DNA from: Ignisphaera sp.
Lineage (GTDB): Archaea; Thermoproteota; Thermoprotei_A; Sulfolobales; Ignisphaeraceae
DNA: 64,000 bases
Assembly: GCA_038889075.1 (NCBI GenBank)
Contig: JAWAHS010000007.1
Coordinates: forward strand, 1-64,000
Direction: 5' to 3'
In this document: positions 49,925 through 60,138 of the stretch, one piece after another
How positions within the stretch are numbered: position 1 is the first letter of the stretch
Layout: each line of letters opens with the position of its first letter
Position numbers and translations under genes: made by a program
Notes under the pieces: generated by a model
Told to the model about the DNA's origin: nothing
Databases searched by the model: none
What the model saw: the letters and a program-made list of their open reading frames with translations, nothing else

Positions 49925-50956
49925 GTGAATTCCTCGTTATTAAGGAACCCATTTTTGATATTTGCATTGAAAAGAGCAAGTGTAATGGCACTAACGTTCT
50001 TTATTGTGCTGTTTCTAATATTTCTCTTGCCGAGAATGATACCCGGCAATCCCCTCTGGGTAATAATTGGTAATCTAATGCAGCAAGCTGTAACGGATCC
50101 AGAACAGCTTAAGGGTGTGGAGAAGATGCTTCTAGAATCGTTTGGATTTCACAAACCTCTTTACATCCAATTTATCGAATTTTTAGGCAATGTGTTTAAA
50201 GGTGATTTAGGAATGTCCGTACTATTCTACCCAACAAGAGTAACCACACTCATTGCGACATACCTTCCATGGACAATCGCGCTTGTGACCCCTGCTGTAG
50301 CACTAGCATGGTTTGTTGGAAACAACATTGGTGTTATGGCTGCTATGAATAGAAATAGGTTTATCGATAAGGTTCTGCTAACAGTACTTGTAGTACTCCA
50401 AGGTACACCCTCGTATATCTTTGGAATGTATCTAATTATGCTACTTGCTGTATACCTTCCAGTATTCCCAACTGGTGGTAGCTACCCACCTGGGATGGTA
50501 CCAAGACTCTCACCAGATTTTATACTAGCATATTTGAGGCACTATATACTACCCTTTATAGCAATATTCCTAACATCGCTTGGAGGATGGGGATTGAGTA
50601 TGAGAAGTATAGCTGTACAAGAGCTATCCTCAGACTACATGGATTATCTGAGAGTAATAGGGGTATCCCAGAGAAGGGTATCGAGATACCTATTTAAGTG
50701 CTCAGCACTTCCGCAGATAGTGGGGCTAGCTATAGTTCTTGGATGGAGTGTTGCAGGCTCTGTCATAACTGAGATAGTTTTTAGCTACCAAGGTATAGGC
50801 CTAATCCTCTGGAGAGGGGTACAGTCACTAGACTATCCATTAATTCAGGGGATATTTATAATAATCATTGGCACATTGCTACTAGCCAACTACATATCTG
50901 AACTTCTCTTTGCATACATAGATCCGAGAATCAGATATGCGTATGTTGGTAGATAG
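49925..50956 (+). CDS. Opp/Dpp-type ABC permease (DppB-like)
   Basis: PGNP, GDLGMS, TEIVFSYQG, DYPLIQG, DPRIR. Confidence 0.92.
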   Translation: MNSSLLRNPFLIFALKRASVMALTFFIVLFLIFLLPRMIPGNPLWVIIGNLMQQAVTDPEQLKGVEKMLLESFGFHKPLYIQFIEFLGNVFKGDLGMSVLFYPTRVTTLIATYLPWTIALVTPAVALAWFVGNNIGVMAAMNRNRFIDKVLLTVLVVLQGTPSYIFGMYLIMLLAVYLPVFPTGGSYPPGMVPRLSPDFILAYLRHYILPFIAIFLTSLGGWGLSMRSIAVQELSSDYMDYLRVIGVSQRRVSRYLFKCSALPQIVGLAIVLGWSVAGSVITEIVFSYQGIGLILWRGVQSLDYPLIQGIFIIIIGTLLLANYISELLFAYIDPRIRYAYVGR

Positions 50957-50959
50957 CAC

Positions 50960-51790
50960 ATGGTAGAATCCTTAATACTTAGAATTTTCAGAATTAAGAA
51001 AATGGCTATCGGGCTAGCCATATTTCTGGCAATAGTTATCATAGGAATTGTAGGGCCGTTAATCTACAACGTACCTCCTACAAAAACCATAGGGAGAAGA
51101 TATACACCCCCTGGGGATGCGCATCCCTTTGGAACCGATGCACTTGGAAGGGATGTACTGGCACAGATTCTATGGGGTATCAGAGGCTCACTTTACATTG
51201 GGGTAATAGCAGCTGGTATAGCACTATCCTTAGCGTTATTCCTAGGAACGATGGCTGCGGTTTTCGGTGGTCTAGTAGATAGAATAATCATGACCGCTTC
51301 CGAAATAATGCTCCTCATACCGTCTATATTATTAATGATGCTATTAGCAGCCTATCTTCCTGAGAGAAGTCTATGGATTGTAGGAGTAGTTATAGGCGTT
51401 ACTTCCTGGGCTGGATGGTGCCGAGGATTTAGATCACGTACACTAAGCATCCTTTCCTCAGACTTTATCAGTATGGCTACGCTATCCGGGGCCTCTAAGG
51501 TAAGTATAATACTGAGAGATATTGTACCCATTATAATACCCTATATATTAGCGGCATTTGCAATGCTTTTCTCTAACAGTATTATGGCTGAGGTAGGTTT
51601 AACACTAATAGGTGTTGGTATGACAAAGGATGTAACACTGGGTCTAATGCTATACATTGCACAACTCTATGCCAATATTAGCCAAGGTATTTGGTGGACC
51701 GTGATACCGCCCGCCATAATAATAACAATGATATTTCTATCACTCTATTCAATAGCAACTTCTATAGATGAGTTAGTGAGATCCTGGTGA
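50960..51790 (+). CDS. Opp/Dpp-type ABC permease (DppC-like)
   Basis: HPFGTDALGRDV, WW..IPP. Confidence 0.92.
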   Translation: MVESLILRIFRIKKMAIGLAIFLAIVIIGIVGPLIYNVPPTKTIGRRYTPPGDAHPFGTDALGRDVLAQILWGIRGSLYIGVIAAGIALSLALFLGTMAAVFGGLVDRIIMTASEIMLLIPSILLMMLLAAYLPERSLWIVGVVIGVTSWAGWCRGFRSRTLSILSSDFISMATLSGASKVSIILRDIVPIIIPYILAAFAMLFSNSIMAEVGLTLIGVGMTKDVTLGLMLYIAQLYANISQGIWWTVIPPAIIITMIFLSLYSIATSIDELVRSW

Positions 51791-52776
51791 TACAAATGGA
51801 TATTCTTGAGGTTAAGAACCTTAGAGCGTACTACTTTACAAGAGGAGGAATAGTAAAAGCTGTTGATGGAGTTGATCTATATATCGATAGAAAGGTGATT
51901 ATTGGTATTGTTGGTGAGAGTGGCTGTGGCAAGTCAACACTTGCAAGGGTGCTGTCTATGGATATAGAACCGCCACTGAAATTAGTAAGCGGTGATATAG
52001 CTATTGAAGGTATTAAAGTAAGCGATATGTCCCTTAGCGAAATTAAAAGGAAAATCGCTGGAATTAAAATAGCATTAGTGCCGCAATCAGCTATGAACGC
52101 CTTGGTTCCCACGGTTAGAATAAAGGATTTTATAAGGGATGTAGTGAAGGAGAAGCTAAACTATTCTGTAAAGGAGATTCTAAAATTAGCTAAAGAGAGG
52201 TTTGAAGAACTCAATCTCCCTCTGACAGCCCTAGACATGTATCCATTCGAACTCTCTGGCGGTATGAGACAGAGAGCATTGATTGCGATAGCCACACTAC
52301 TCAATCCAACAATATTGATAGCAGACGAACCCACCTCGGCACTTGATGTCTCGACACAGAAGATGGTTCTAGAAACTCTATTTAACATCTATAAGAGAAA
52401 CCTCGTAAAATCAATCCTATTCATCTCACATGATATTGCTACAGTCAGACAGATAGCTGAGATGATCACTGTCATGTACGCTGGAAAAATTGTTGAAATA
52501 GGTTCGACTGGACAATTAATAAATGAACCCCTCCATCCATACTCGAGGGGGTTACTATTCTCAATATTAACCCCTGAACCACAGATAAGGGAACGTGTTG
52601 AAAAAGTTGAAACATTTATACTTAAAGGAGAACCGCCAAGTTTGATTAGTCCCCCTTCTGGCTGCAGATTCCATCCAAGATGCCCCTATGCAATGGATAT
52701 CTGCAGGAGGAAGGAGCCGCCCTTAATAGAGGTTGAAAAACATCGTTTTGTTTCATGCTGGCTATATATGCAATAG
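51787..52776 (+). CDS. ABC ATP-binding protein (DppD-like)
   Basis: GESGCGKS, ELSGGMRQR, GCRFHPRCP. Confidence 0.93.
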   Translation: MIQMDILEVKNLRAYYFTRGGIVKAVDGVDLYIDRKVIIGIVGESGCGKSTLARVLSMDIEPPLKLVSGDIAIEGIKVSDMSLSEIKRKIAGIKIALVPQSAMNALVPTVRIKDFIRDVVKEKLNYSVKEILKLAKERFEELNLPLTALDMYPFELSGGMRQRALIAIATLLNPTILIADEPTSALDVSTQKMVLETLFNIYKRNLVKSILFISHDIATVRQIAEMITVMYAGKIVEIGSTGQLINEPLHPYSRGLLFSILTPEPQIRERVEKVETFILKGEPPSLISPPSGCRFHPRCPYAMDICRRKEPPLIEVEKHRFVSCWLYMQ

Positions 52777-52791
52777 AGAGGTTGATAATGG

Positions 52792-53601
52792 GTGTCTGAA
52801 AACATTCTCGAAATTAAAAATCTCACGAAAATCTATAGAATAGGTTTAATCCGTCAAAAAGAAATTTTAGCAGTAGATAAAGTTAGTTTTAATCTTAAAA
52901 AAGGTGAGATAATTTCACTTGTTGGAGAAAGTGGTTCTGGAAAAACAACCGTAGCTAAAATGATCCTGAGACTTTTAAAACCCTCATCAGGATCCATAAT
53001 ATTTCAGGGAAAAGATATATGGAAAGATTTTAGAAATAAAGATGATTTGAGATGGTATTGGAGAAATGTTAATGGCATTTTTCAGGATCCATATTCATCA
53101 ATTAATCCCACCCATACCATTAGATATATGATGGTAAGAACATTTAAACTCTTTGATGAGCAACTTGACTATGATTCTAAGATAGAGAGAGTTAAAGAAG
53201 CTCTTAAGACGGTTGGGCTTATCCCTGAGGAAATTCTTGATAGAAGACCATTCGAACTCTCTGGCGGTATGAGACAGAGGATACTGATAGCTAGGATATT
53301 TCTAATAAAACCTCAGCTTATAGTGGCTGATGAACCTACAAGCATGGTCGATGCTACACTAAGATTGGGACTACTTAAGCTGTTCTCCAAATTGAGGGAT
53401 GAATTGCATACCTCAATAATATTTATAACCCATGACCTTGGTCTGGCTACATATATAAGCGATAGAATACTGATTATGTATAGGGGTACTATTGTTGAAG
53501 AGGGAACCCCTGGAGAGATATTAAATAATCCAATGCACTCCTATACAAAGAGATTGTTAGAGTCTGTACCTAAACTATATTCTACATGGTTTTCTGGATA
53601 A
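52792..53601 (+). CDS. ABC ATP-binding protein (DppF-like)
   Basis: GESGSGKT, FQDP, ELSGGMRQR. Confidence 0.93.
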   Translation: MSENILEIKNLTKIYRIGLIRQKEILAVDKVSFNLKKGEIISLVGESGSGKTTVAKMILRLLKPSSGSIIFQGKDIWKDFRNKDDLRWYWRNVNGIFQDPYSSINPTHTIRYMMVRTFKLFDEQLDYDSKIERVKEALKTVGLIPEEILDRRPFELSGGMRQRILIARIFLIKPQLIVADEPTSMVDATLRLGLLKLFSKLRDELHTSIIFITHDLGLATYISDRILIMYRGTIVEEGTPGEILNNPMHSYTKRLLESVPKLYSTWFSG

Positions 53602-53716
53602 TTGGGTACTATTTTTATATAAAAATAATACCCAATCTAATATAATTCCAAAAAGATAATTATCATAAGGTTTAAAAATCAGCCATTTACTATTCTATAA
53701 ATTAGGTATAAGTGGG

Positions 53717-55924
53717 GTGTATGTAATGGTGGATATATACCCAAGGAATGCAAAGAAATTCACGACCCCACTAGTACTTCTGTTAGTAAGTGCGATGGTT
53801 GTTAGTTTCATACCAATACCAGTTGTATGGACACAAGTCCCAGAGCTTCCAAGGGAACAAACAGCCATAATTTCTCAATCGTGGGCTGTACCAAAGGGTT
53901 TCAATCCATTTCCAGCTGTGATCGCCTGGGGAGCGACATTCATGCAATATCCATACCTATTTGTATACAGTGTATATACAGATGACTATGTTCCATACCT
54001 TGCTAATTCATTTAGGTGGGTTGATCCCTATACTATTGAAATAAAGCTTAAGCCCGATGCATATTGGTGGGATAAAAAGCCTATAACAGCTGATGATGTG
54101 AAATTTACATTTGAGATACATAAAAACTGTACCACCACCTTAAGTTACCTCTGGATGTATTTAGAGCGTGTAGAAGCAGCTGATCCTATTACTGTTATTA
54201 TACATCTTAATAAAACGTCTCTCAACTACTATAGAGCTATAGAGGTTCTACAATTTATGGTTGTACCGAGACATAGATGGGAGCCCCTAATTAAGCAAAT
54301 GGGTTGTAAGGCTATTACTGAGTTCGAGGATAGGGAACCTAAGGAAATAATAGGTGGAGGTCCATATAGAGCGCTATTCCTAGCCGGAGATACATGGGCA
54401 TATGAAAGAGTTGATGATTGGTGGGGTGTAAAATACTTTGGGCTTCCAGAGCCAAAATATGTTATGCATATAGTTCCGAAGAGCGATGAACAGGTGAGAA
54501 TGGAGTGGTTAGCAGGTAATAGAGACCATATGTCACACTTTGTAGACAGGTTATGGGAGATAATAAAGGCCGACCCTAGGTTTGGCACCTTTGATAATGT
54601 AAACTGTCCCCCATGCTACTTCCGACATCAAGTTGCATTCTTCGTAATGAATATGAAGAGGAAACCCTTTGATGACATAAGGGTTAGAAAAGCAATATAC
54701 TATGCTCTACTAGCAGACAATATGAAGGCAATAAAAATGGGTTCTGAGATGGGATTCTCAGGATATCTACTGGGTCCTGTACTATATCCCGTACCTATAG
54801 TACCGGGTCACATAAGATCTGAGAAATATCTTGCAAGAGACCTTATGGACGCCTTTATGAAGGGGGCTACCATCGAAAATGCGAGAAGGTTGCTAGATGA
54901 AGCAGGTATTATTGATAGGAATGGCGATGGCATTAGAGAGCTTCCGGATGGTAGACCGTTCAAGTTCTCGATACTATGTGTAACTGGATGGGTACCAACC
55001 ATAGGCTCTGCCCAGATATGGGCAGACTACCTCAGGGAGACCTTAGGCATAGATGTTACAGTTGTAACAAAGGACTATACTGTTGTGTTTAATGATGTAG
55101 TCGAAGGTAATTTTGATGCAGTTTGGTGGTTTATGAATAGTGCAATAACACCTGCATCACCATGGATAAACTTCGCCTCAACCATGGATCCAAGACTTCC
55201 ACCAACCGTTGTTAGCGCAGCACGGGCACGCTATAATAATACTGCCGTAATTCCGATTCTAGAAGAAATTGCAAAAACATGGGAAGAATCGAGAAGAGTT
55301 GAACTATATAGAAAACTCCAGGAGATATGGTATCAAGATCTACCAATGCTAGCTCTGGGACAGGGTATTCACTGGTATGAGTATCAGGAGATTTACTGGG
55401 TTGGATGGCCAAATAAAGAAAGAATCGAAAAATATGGAGCGTTCTATGCAACAAACTGGGAACCAGGGTTTGTATTTGTATTATTCCAGATTAAACCAGC
55501 TACAAAAGCCAAACCTGATACAGATACCGTCCCAGAATTTCTAAAACCACACAACAGAATCCCTGCAATGAAATTCTTTGAAGATCTAGAAAAAATTGCA
55601 TTAAAGCCTACACCTACACCGTCTCCAACACCAACACCATCTCCTACTCCAAGGCCAACCCCGACACCTACTCCATCTCCTACACCTACCCCGACTCCAA
55701 CACCCACTCCTACACCTACTCCTGTGCCTGGTGCTGTAACAGTTACAGTTGTTAAGACAGAAACAGCAACAGTAACATCAACAGCAGTAGTAACATCTAC
55801 AGCAGTATCAACAACAACAGCAACAAAAACAGAGACAGTAACAGAATGGACAACAACAACAGCACTAGCAATAGCACTACTAATAATAGGAATAGCAATA
55901 GGATGGTTTATAAAAAGAAAATAG
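53717..55924 (+). CDS. Family-5 ABC substrate-binding protein (probably oligosaccharide) with PT linker and C-terminal membrane anchor
   Basis: PITADDVKFT, GPY, LLDEAG..DRNGDG.R; Pro/Thr linker, Thr-rich stalk, TM, KRK. Confidence 0.9.
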   Translation: MYVMVDIYPRNAKKFTTPLVLLLVSAMVVSFIPIPVVWTQVPELPREQTAIISQSWAVPKGFNPFPAVIAWGATFMQYPYLFVYSVYTDDYVPYLANSFRWVDPYTIEIKLKPDAYWWDKKPITADDVKFTFEIHKNCTTTLSYLWMYLERVEAADPITVIIHLNKTSLNYYRAIEVLQFMVVPRHRWEPLIKQMGCKAITEFEDREPKEIIGGGPYRALFLAGDTWAYERVDDWWGVKYFGLPEPKYVMHIVPKSDEQVRMEWLAGNRDHMSHFVDRLWEIIKADPRFGTFDNVNCPPCYFRHQVAFFVMNMKRKPFDDIRVRKAIYYALLADNMKAIKMGSEMGFSGYLLGPVLYPVPIVPGHIRSEKYLARDLMDAFMKGATIENARRLLDEAGIIDRNGDGIRELPDGRPFKFSILCVTGWVPTIGSAQIWADYLRETLGIDVTVVTKDYTVVFNDVVEGNFDAVWWFMNSAITPASPWINFASTMDPRLPPTVVSAARARYNNTAVIPILEEIAKTWEESRRVELYRKLQEIWYQDLPMLALGQGIHWYEYQEIYWVGWPNKERIEKYGAFYATNWEPGFVFVLFQIKPATKAKPDTDTVPEFLKPHNRIPAMKFFEDLEKIALKPTPTPSPTPTPSPTPRPTPTPTPSPTPTPTPTPTPTPTPVPGAVTVTVVKTETATVTSTAVVTSTAVSTTTATKTETVTEWTTTTALAIALLIIGIAIGWFIKRK
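55606..55725 (+). repeat. Pro-Thr/Ser low-complexity linker
   Basis: PTPTPSPTPT... run encoded with mixed codons. Confidence 0.85.
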
Positions 55925-56355
55925 AATAAAAAGAAATACACAACCATCAATAAATACAACAAACCATTTTTATTTTTTAAATGATTCTATTTGAATTATA
56001 ATCTTCGGTATATCTCTTCCCCATACATTCATTCTACATCTTCCTATAACATAGTACTGTTCCATCTCTTGGAGCTATATACCATTGTAAATCGCTGTCG
56101 GTATTAGATATGCTATGTAGAGGATAGGGATGGGTTAGGTATTGGGATGCTTTAGAACTCCTAGATTAGATATACCTCCTCTAGATATATTGCTATGGAA
56201 GGTTCCGACATTTTCCTAGACTCACCATCGCTATACAGGTCCCTATTGGTTTAAGGTTTATGGTGGTGTTGAACCTATGATGCCTCCTATCCTAGAGCTC
56301 TACATGTAACACCAATCAATTATATGGTTTGTAAAAAGTAGAGTTTTACTCTACA

Positions 56356-58635
56356 TTAGTGCGTTTCGATATTTGTAAAGTACAGTCTTTTTTCATTAAC
56401 AATGGCTGTTTCTCCAACTACTTTAAATCTCCCCTCGAGTAGTATTTCCTCTGAGTTTCTCCCTACCATAACTCTGTACTCCCCAGGCTCTATGACTAGC
56501 CTCATGTATCTATCGTAGAATGCTAGTGTTTCTATGGGTAGTGTAAATACTATTCTTTTTCTCTCTCCAGGTTTAAGGTATACTTTTTTGAATCCTTTCA
56601 ACTCTTTTACTGGTCTCGTTACAGATGAATATTCTTTTGATATGTATAGCTGTACTGTTTCTTCGCCATCTACCTTGCCGATATTCTCCACATCTACACC
56701 TATCCTTACATATCCAAACTGTTTTACCTCCACTGGCTCTACTGTTAAGTTGCTGTATCTATACTCCGTATAGCTCAATCCGTATCCAAATGGGTACAGC
56801 GGCTTGGCAGAGTACTCAACATATTCTCTAAAGGACGATGGTTTTCTGGAGTAGTATACCGGTATCTGCCCAACATCGTATGGTATTGAAACCGGTAGTC
56901 TTCCACTGGGGTTGTAGTCACCGAAGATTATATCGGCTATCGCATTTCCACCCTCCTCACCTGGGAACCACGCTTCTAGGACGGCATTGACATATGGTAG
57001 AATAGATGCTATGGAGAGGGGCCTACCATTTATAAGTACAAGGATTATTGGCTTACCAGTTCTGTGCAGCTCTCTGATAAGCTCTTCCTGAACCCCGGGT
57101 AGTCTAAGTGATATTCTATCGACACCTTCACCAGAGGTGTACTGCGTTTCTTCAAATGTTTTTCCAAAGAATCTCGGACTTAAACCAGATTTTTCACCCA
57201 TAACAGCTATAACGACATCCGCCTCTCTTGCAATCCTTAGAGCTTCGTCAAAGCCGCTCCTATCCTGGGAAGCGATATCACAACCCTTTGCGTAGACTAC
57301 CTCTGTCTCTCTAGATACTCTACTCTTTATACCCTCTAAAACAGTCACCACCTTTACTGTAACTACATCTCCATCTCTGATTATATGTGCATCGTAGTGG
57401 TAGTCTCCAAGCATATTCCTAGGGCTATCTGCATTAGGACCTACAACCGCTATTCTCCTCACATTCTTTGGTAGAGGCAGTATGCCGTCGTTTTTAAGAA
57501 GCACTATTGATTTTCTAGCAGCCTCTAGGGCAAGCTTTCTATAGCTTTCGTTATCTAGAGTCTCCGGAACCCTAGACTCATCAGTAAATGGATTGTCGAA
57601 GAGCCCAAGCATGTACTTTAGCTTTAGAACTCTCTCAACAGCTCTATCGATTAGGGATTCCGAAACAGTGCCTTCCTTAACAGCCTCAACCAACTCGTTA
57701 AAGCATATTACATCAGGGAAGTTCACATCAACACCAGCCTCTAGAGCAATTCTAAATGCCTCTATACAGTCTCTAGCAACTCTATGGATTGTACTGAGCT
57801 GCATAATTGCTCCATAGTCAGATACCACAATTCCTCTAAACCCCCATGTCTGTCTCAGAATATCGGTTAGAAGTTCTCTATTTGCATGACAGGGAACCCC
57901 ATCGATTTCATGGTATGCAGGCATGACGGAGAGGGCGCCGCCAACCCTTATAGCAACTTCGAATGGATAGAGATGCTGCTCCCTAAACTCTCTAGCACCT
58001 AAATGAACCTGTGCAATATTTCTCCCTCCCTCTGAGAATCCGTGTCCAGCAAAGTGCTTTGTTGTAGCTACAACACCTCTTGAAATATCGCTTCCCTGAA
58101 GACCTGCAACATAGGCTAGCCCTATGGATGAGACGAGGTACTGATCCTCACCATATGTCTCCTCACATCTACCCCACCTAGGATCTCTGCAGAGGTCTAG
58201 AACTGGAGAGAGACAGTGCCTCGATCCTATAGATAGAACCTGCTCCCTAATAGCTAGAGCAACCCTGTAAACCAAATCAGGGTCCCATGTAGATGCCAGT
58301 GCTATCGCCTGTGGAAAAGCTGTAGCTGTTGGAGCCATTAGGCCAGCTAGACACTCCTCATGAACTATAGCCGGTATACCAAGCCTAGTCTTCTCAACAA
58401 GAAACCTCTGAATTCTATTTATAGTCCTGGCAGCATCCCTAGGCCTAAGACCAACCCTAGAGCCACCAACCCTAGTAATCTCACCTATACCATACCTCAG
58501 CAGATCCCTGGCCTTCTCCTCTGAAAACTCCTTTCCATCTAAAAGCCTATCCACCGGAATAGACTGTAGCTGTGCGATCTTCTCCTCGATACTCATTCTC
58601 CTCAGCAGCTCCCTCACCTTTAACTCAACAACCAA
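56356..58635 (-). CDS. GH3 beta-xylosidase/beta-glucosidase
   Basis: RDPRWGRCEETYGED, KHFAGH, VSDY (nucleophile Asp), FGYGLSY; probable TTG start 58635. Confidence 0.93.
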   Translation of the reverse strand: MVVELKVRELLRRMSIEEKIAQLQSIPVDRLLDGKEFSEEKARDLLRYGIGEITRVGGSRVGLRPRDAARTINRIQRFLVEKTRLGIPAIVHEECLAGLMAPTATAFPQAIALASTWDPDLVYRVALAIREQVLSIGSRHCLSPVLDLCRDPRWGRCEETYGEDQYLVSSIGLAYVAGLQGSDISRGVVATTKHFAGHGFSEGGRNIAQVHLGAREFREQHLYPFEVAIRVGGALSVMPAYHEIDGVPCHANRELLTDILRQTWGFRGIVVSDYGAIMQLSTIHRVARDCIEAFRIALEAGVDVNFPDVICFNELVEAVKEGTVSESLIDRAVERVLKLKYMLGLFDNPFTDESRVPETLDNESYRKLALEAARKSIVLLKNDGILPLPKNVRRIAVVGPNADSPRNMLGDYHYDAHIIRDGDVVTVKVVTVLEGIKSRVSRETEVVYAKGCDIASQDRSGFDEALRIAREADVVIAVMGEKSGLSPRFFGKTFEETQYTSGEGVDRISLRLPGVQEELIRELHRTGKPIILVLINGRPLSIASILPYVNAVLEAWFPGEEGGNAIADIIFGDYNPSGRLPVSIPYDVGQIPVYYSRKPSSFREYVEYSAKPLYPFGYGLSYTEYRYSNLTVEPVEVKQFGYVRIGVDVENIGKVDGEETVQLYISKEYSSVTRPVKELKGFKKVYLKPGERKRIVFTLPIETLAFYDRYMRLVIEPGEYRVMVGRNSEEILLEGRFKVVGETAIVNEKRLYFTNIETH

Positions 58636-59056
58636 CGGAGATCCCCATCTATACCAGGCTAAACCAAAAAATATAAGCATACATCAATTATCCACATAGA
58701 AATCTCTTCCCAACCGCTAAAACACCTTTCATCAGCAGCATATAGTAGAGCAGGCCCAGCCTAAAAAGTAAGCTTCAGAGAACCCACCACGACTAGAGGC
58801 TCTAGAAAACAGATACAGCATCTCGCTACAGCACTAGATCTCCCGCCCCACTACATATATATGCACCGAATTTCCAACCAACATAGTATTGGAGTAGCTA
58901 GAGAGATTTTAAAGTCCACTAAAAAGCCGTGTGTCTGGAGCCTGACACGCCACCTACAAGTAAAGCTAAACTCGCTAAAATAATAGAAAATCCATCCATA
59001 ATCAGACTTCTTCTGTAGAGATGAAGTTTAGTTACACCTAGTCAGAGCCCCATAAT

Positions 59057-59630
59057 ATGATGGGGCATAGAACATTCGACGTTGGCTATAGGTGCTGGTG
59101 GTATCACACAATGGGTACACACACCCTCATTGAAGCTATTACATATAGAGTTAGCATAGGAGTCCTGTTTCGAGTAGTATTGAAAAGGGCTAAAGAAGTG
59201 GCATGTAGATGCAGTGTTCCAGAGGCTGTTGATAACTAGAAGACATTAATTTTAGGAGGGATGTAGATGCAGTTGTTATTGCTATACCCAACTATATCCA
59301 TAAGGTGATAGCTGTCAAAGCAATTAAGGCTGGTAAACACGCATTTCTTGAAATGCCTATTTGCGCTAGGTACAGAAGATGGCCTAGAAATAGTTAGGAC
59401 TGAGGATAGCAATGTGAAGCTCATGGTTAGACGCTACCCTTAGATTTTGACCTGGGTATAAAGCAGTTGGAGATGCTATTATTTCTAATGCTATTGAAGA
59501 GCCGAGGATTGCCAGAGCCTATAAGCTTATACTCTTTTCAAAGCTAGGTACATCGGTATGGATTTAAAGAGCTTATCGGTAGTACTGTGATGGATCTTGT
59601 GATTCACGATCGTGATTTTCTTAGATGGAC
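59057..59630 (+). pseudogene. Gfo/Idh/MocA oxidoreductase pseudogene
   Basis: Fragments AIGAGG, DVDAVVIAIPNYIH...GKHAFLEMP, MDLVIHD.DFLRW in shifting frames. Confidence 0.8.
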
Positions 59631-59770
59631 TTTTAAAGAAGTTGAGGTGGGTAGCTGAAAGAGCTAGAGGTGAGGGTATTGAGTATATCTATATAGGTAA
59701 TGTGGGTGATCCACAGCTTGAATCAACAAAATGCCCAAGATACAACTACAGCATACTAATAAAAGGAAGA
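59631..59770 (+). pseudogene. C-terminal fragment of an AmmeMemoRadiSAM-type radical SAM enzyme
   Basis: AERARGEGIEYIYIGNVGDPQLESTKCP. Confidence 0.6.
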
Positions 59771-60138
59771 TATATACCGTGGAAAAATATGTTCAGAAGA
59801 TCTGCATATGCTCTACTAGAAGTGATAGATGTCTAGCGAGAGGATAGGAATAGCCGTAGATGATATTAAGAATATCATTTATGTGAGAACAGTCTAGCAC
59901 TGTATAATCATTAACGACATCACTATAAAGATATTAAAGCACTTTGCCACAGATGTTCTATACATTATGTATACAGATTCTTATAGTACAATTTTTCACT
60001 GATATGCTCAAACTGAAAACAGGAGGCTTAGCAGGTACCTTTTCCAGAATACCCCATTTGGCGAAGTCTTAAATTCTATATATAAATTCCTGAATTAGGT
60101 AGTCGATAAAAAAATAGAAATCAATAAACTTTATTAAG

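Noticed and set aside
55444-55962. 172 aa Gly-Val repeat ORF on the minus strand
   Set aside because: Antisense shadow of the Pro-Thr linker
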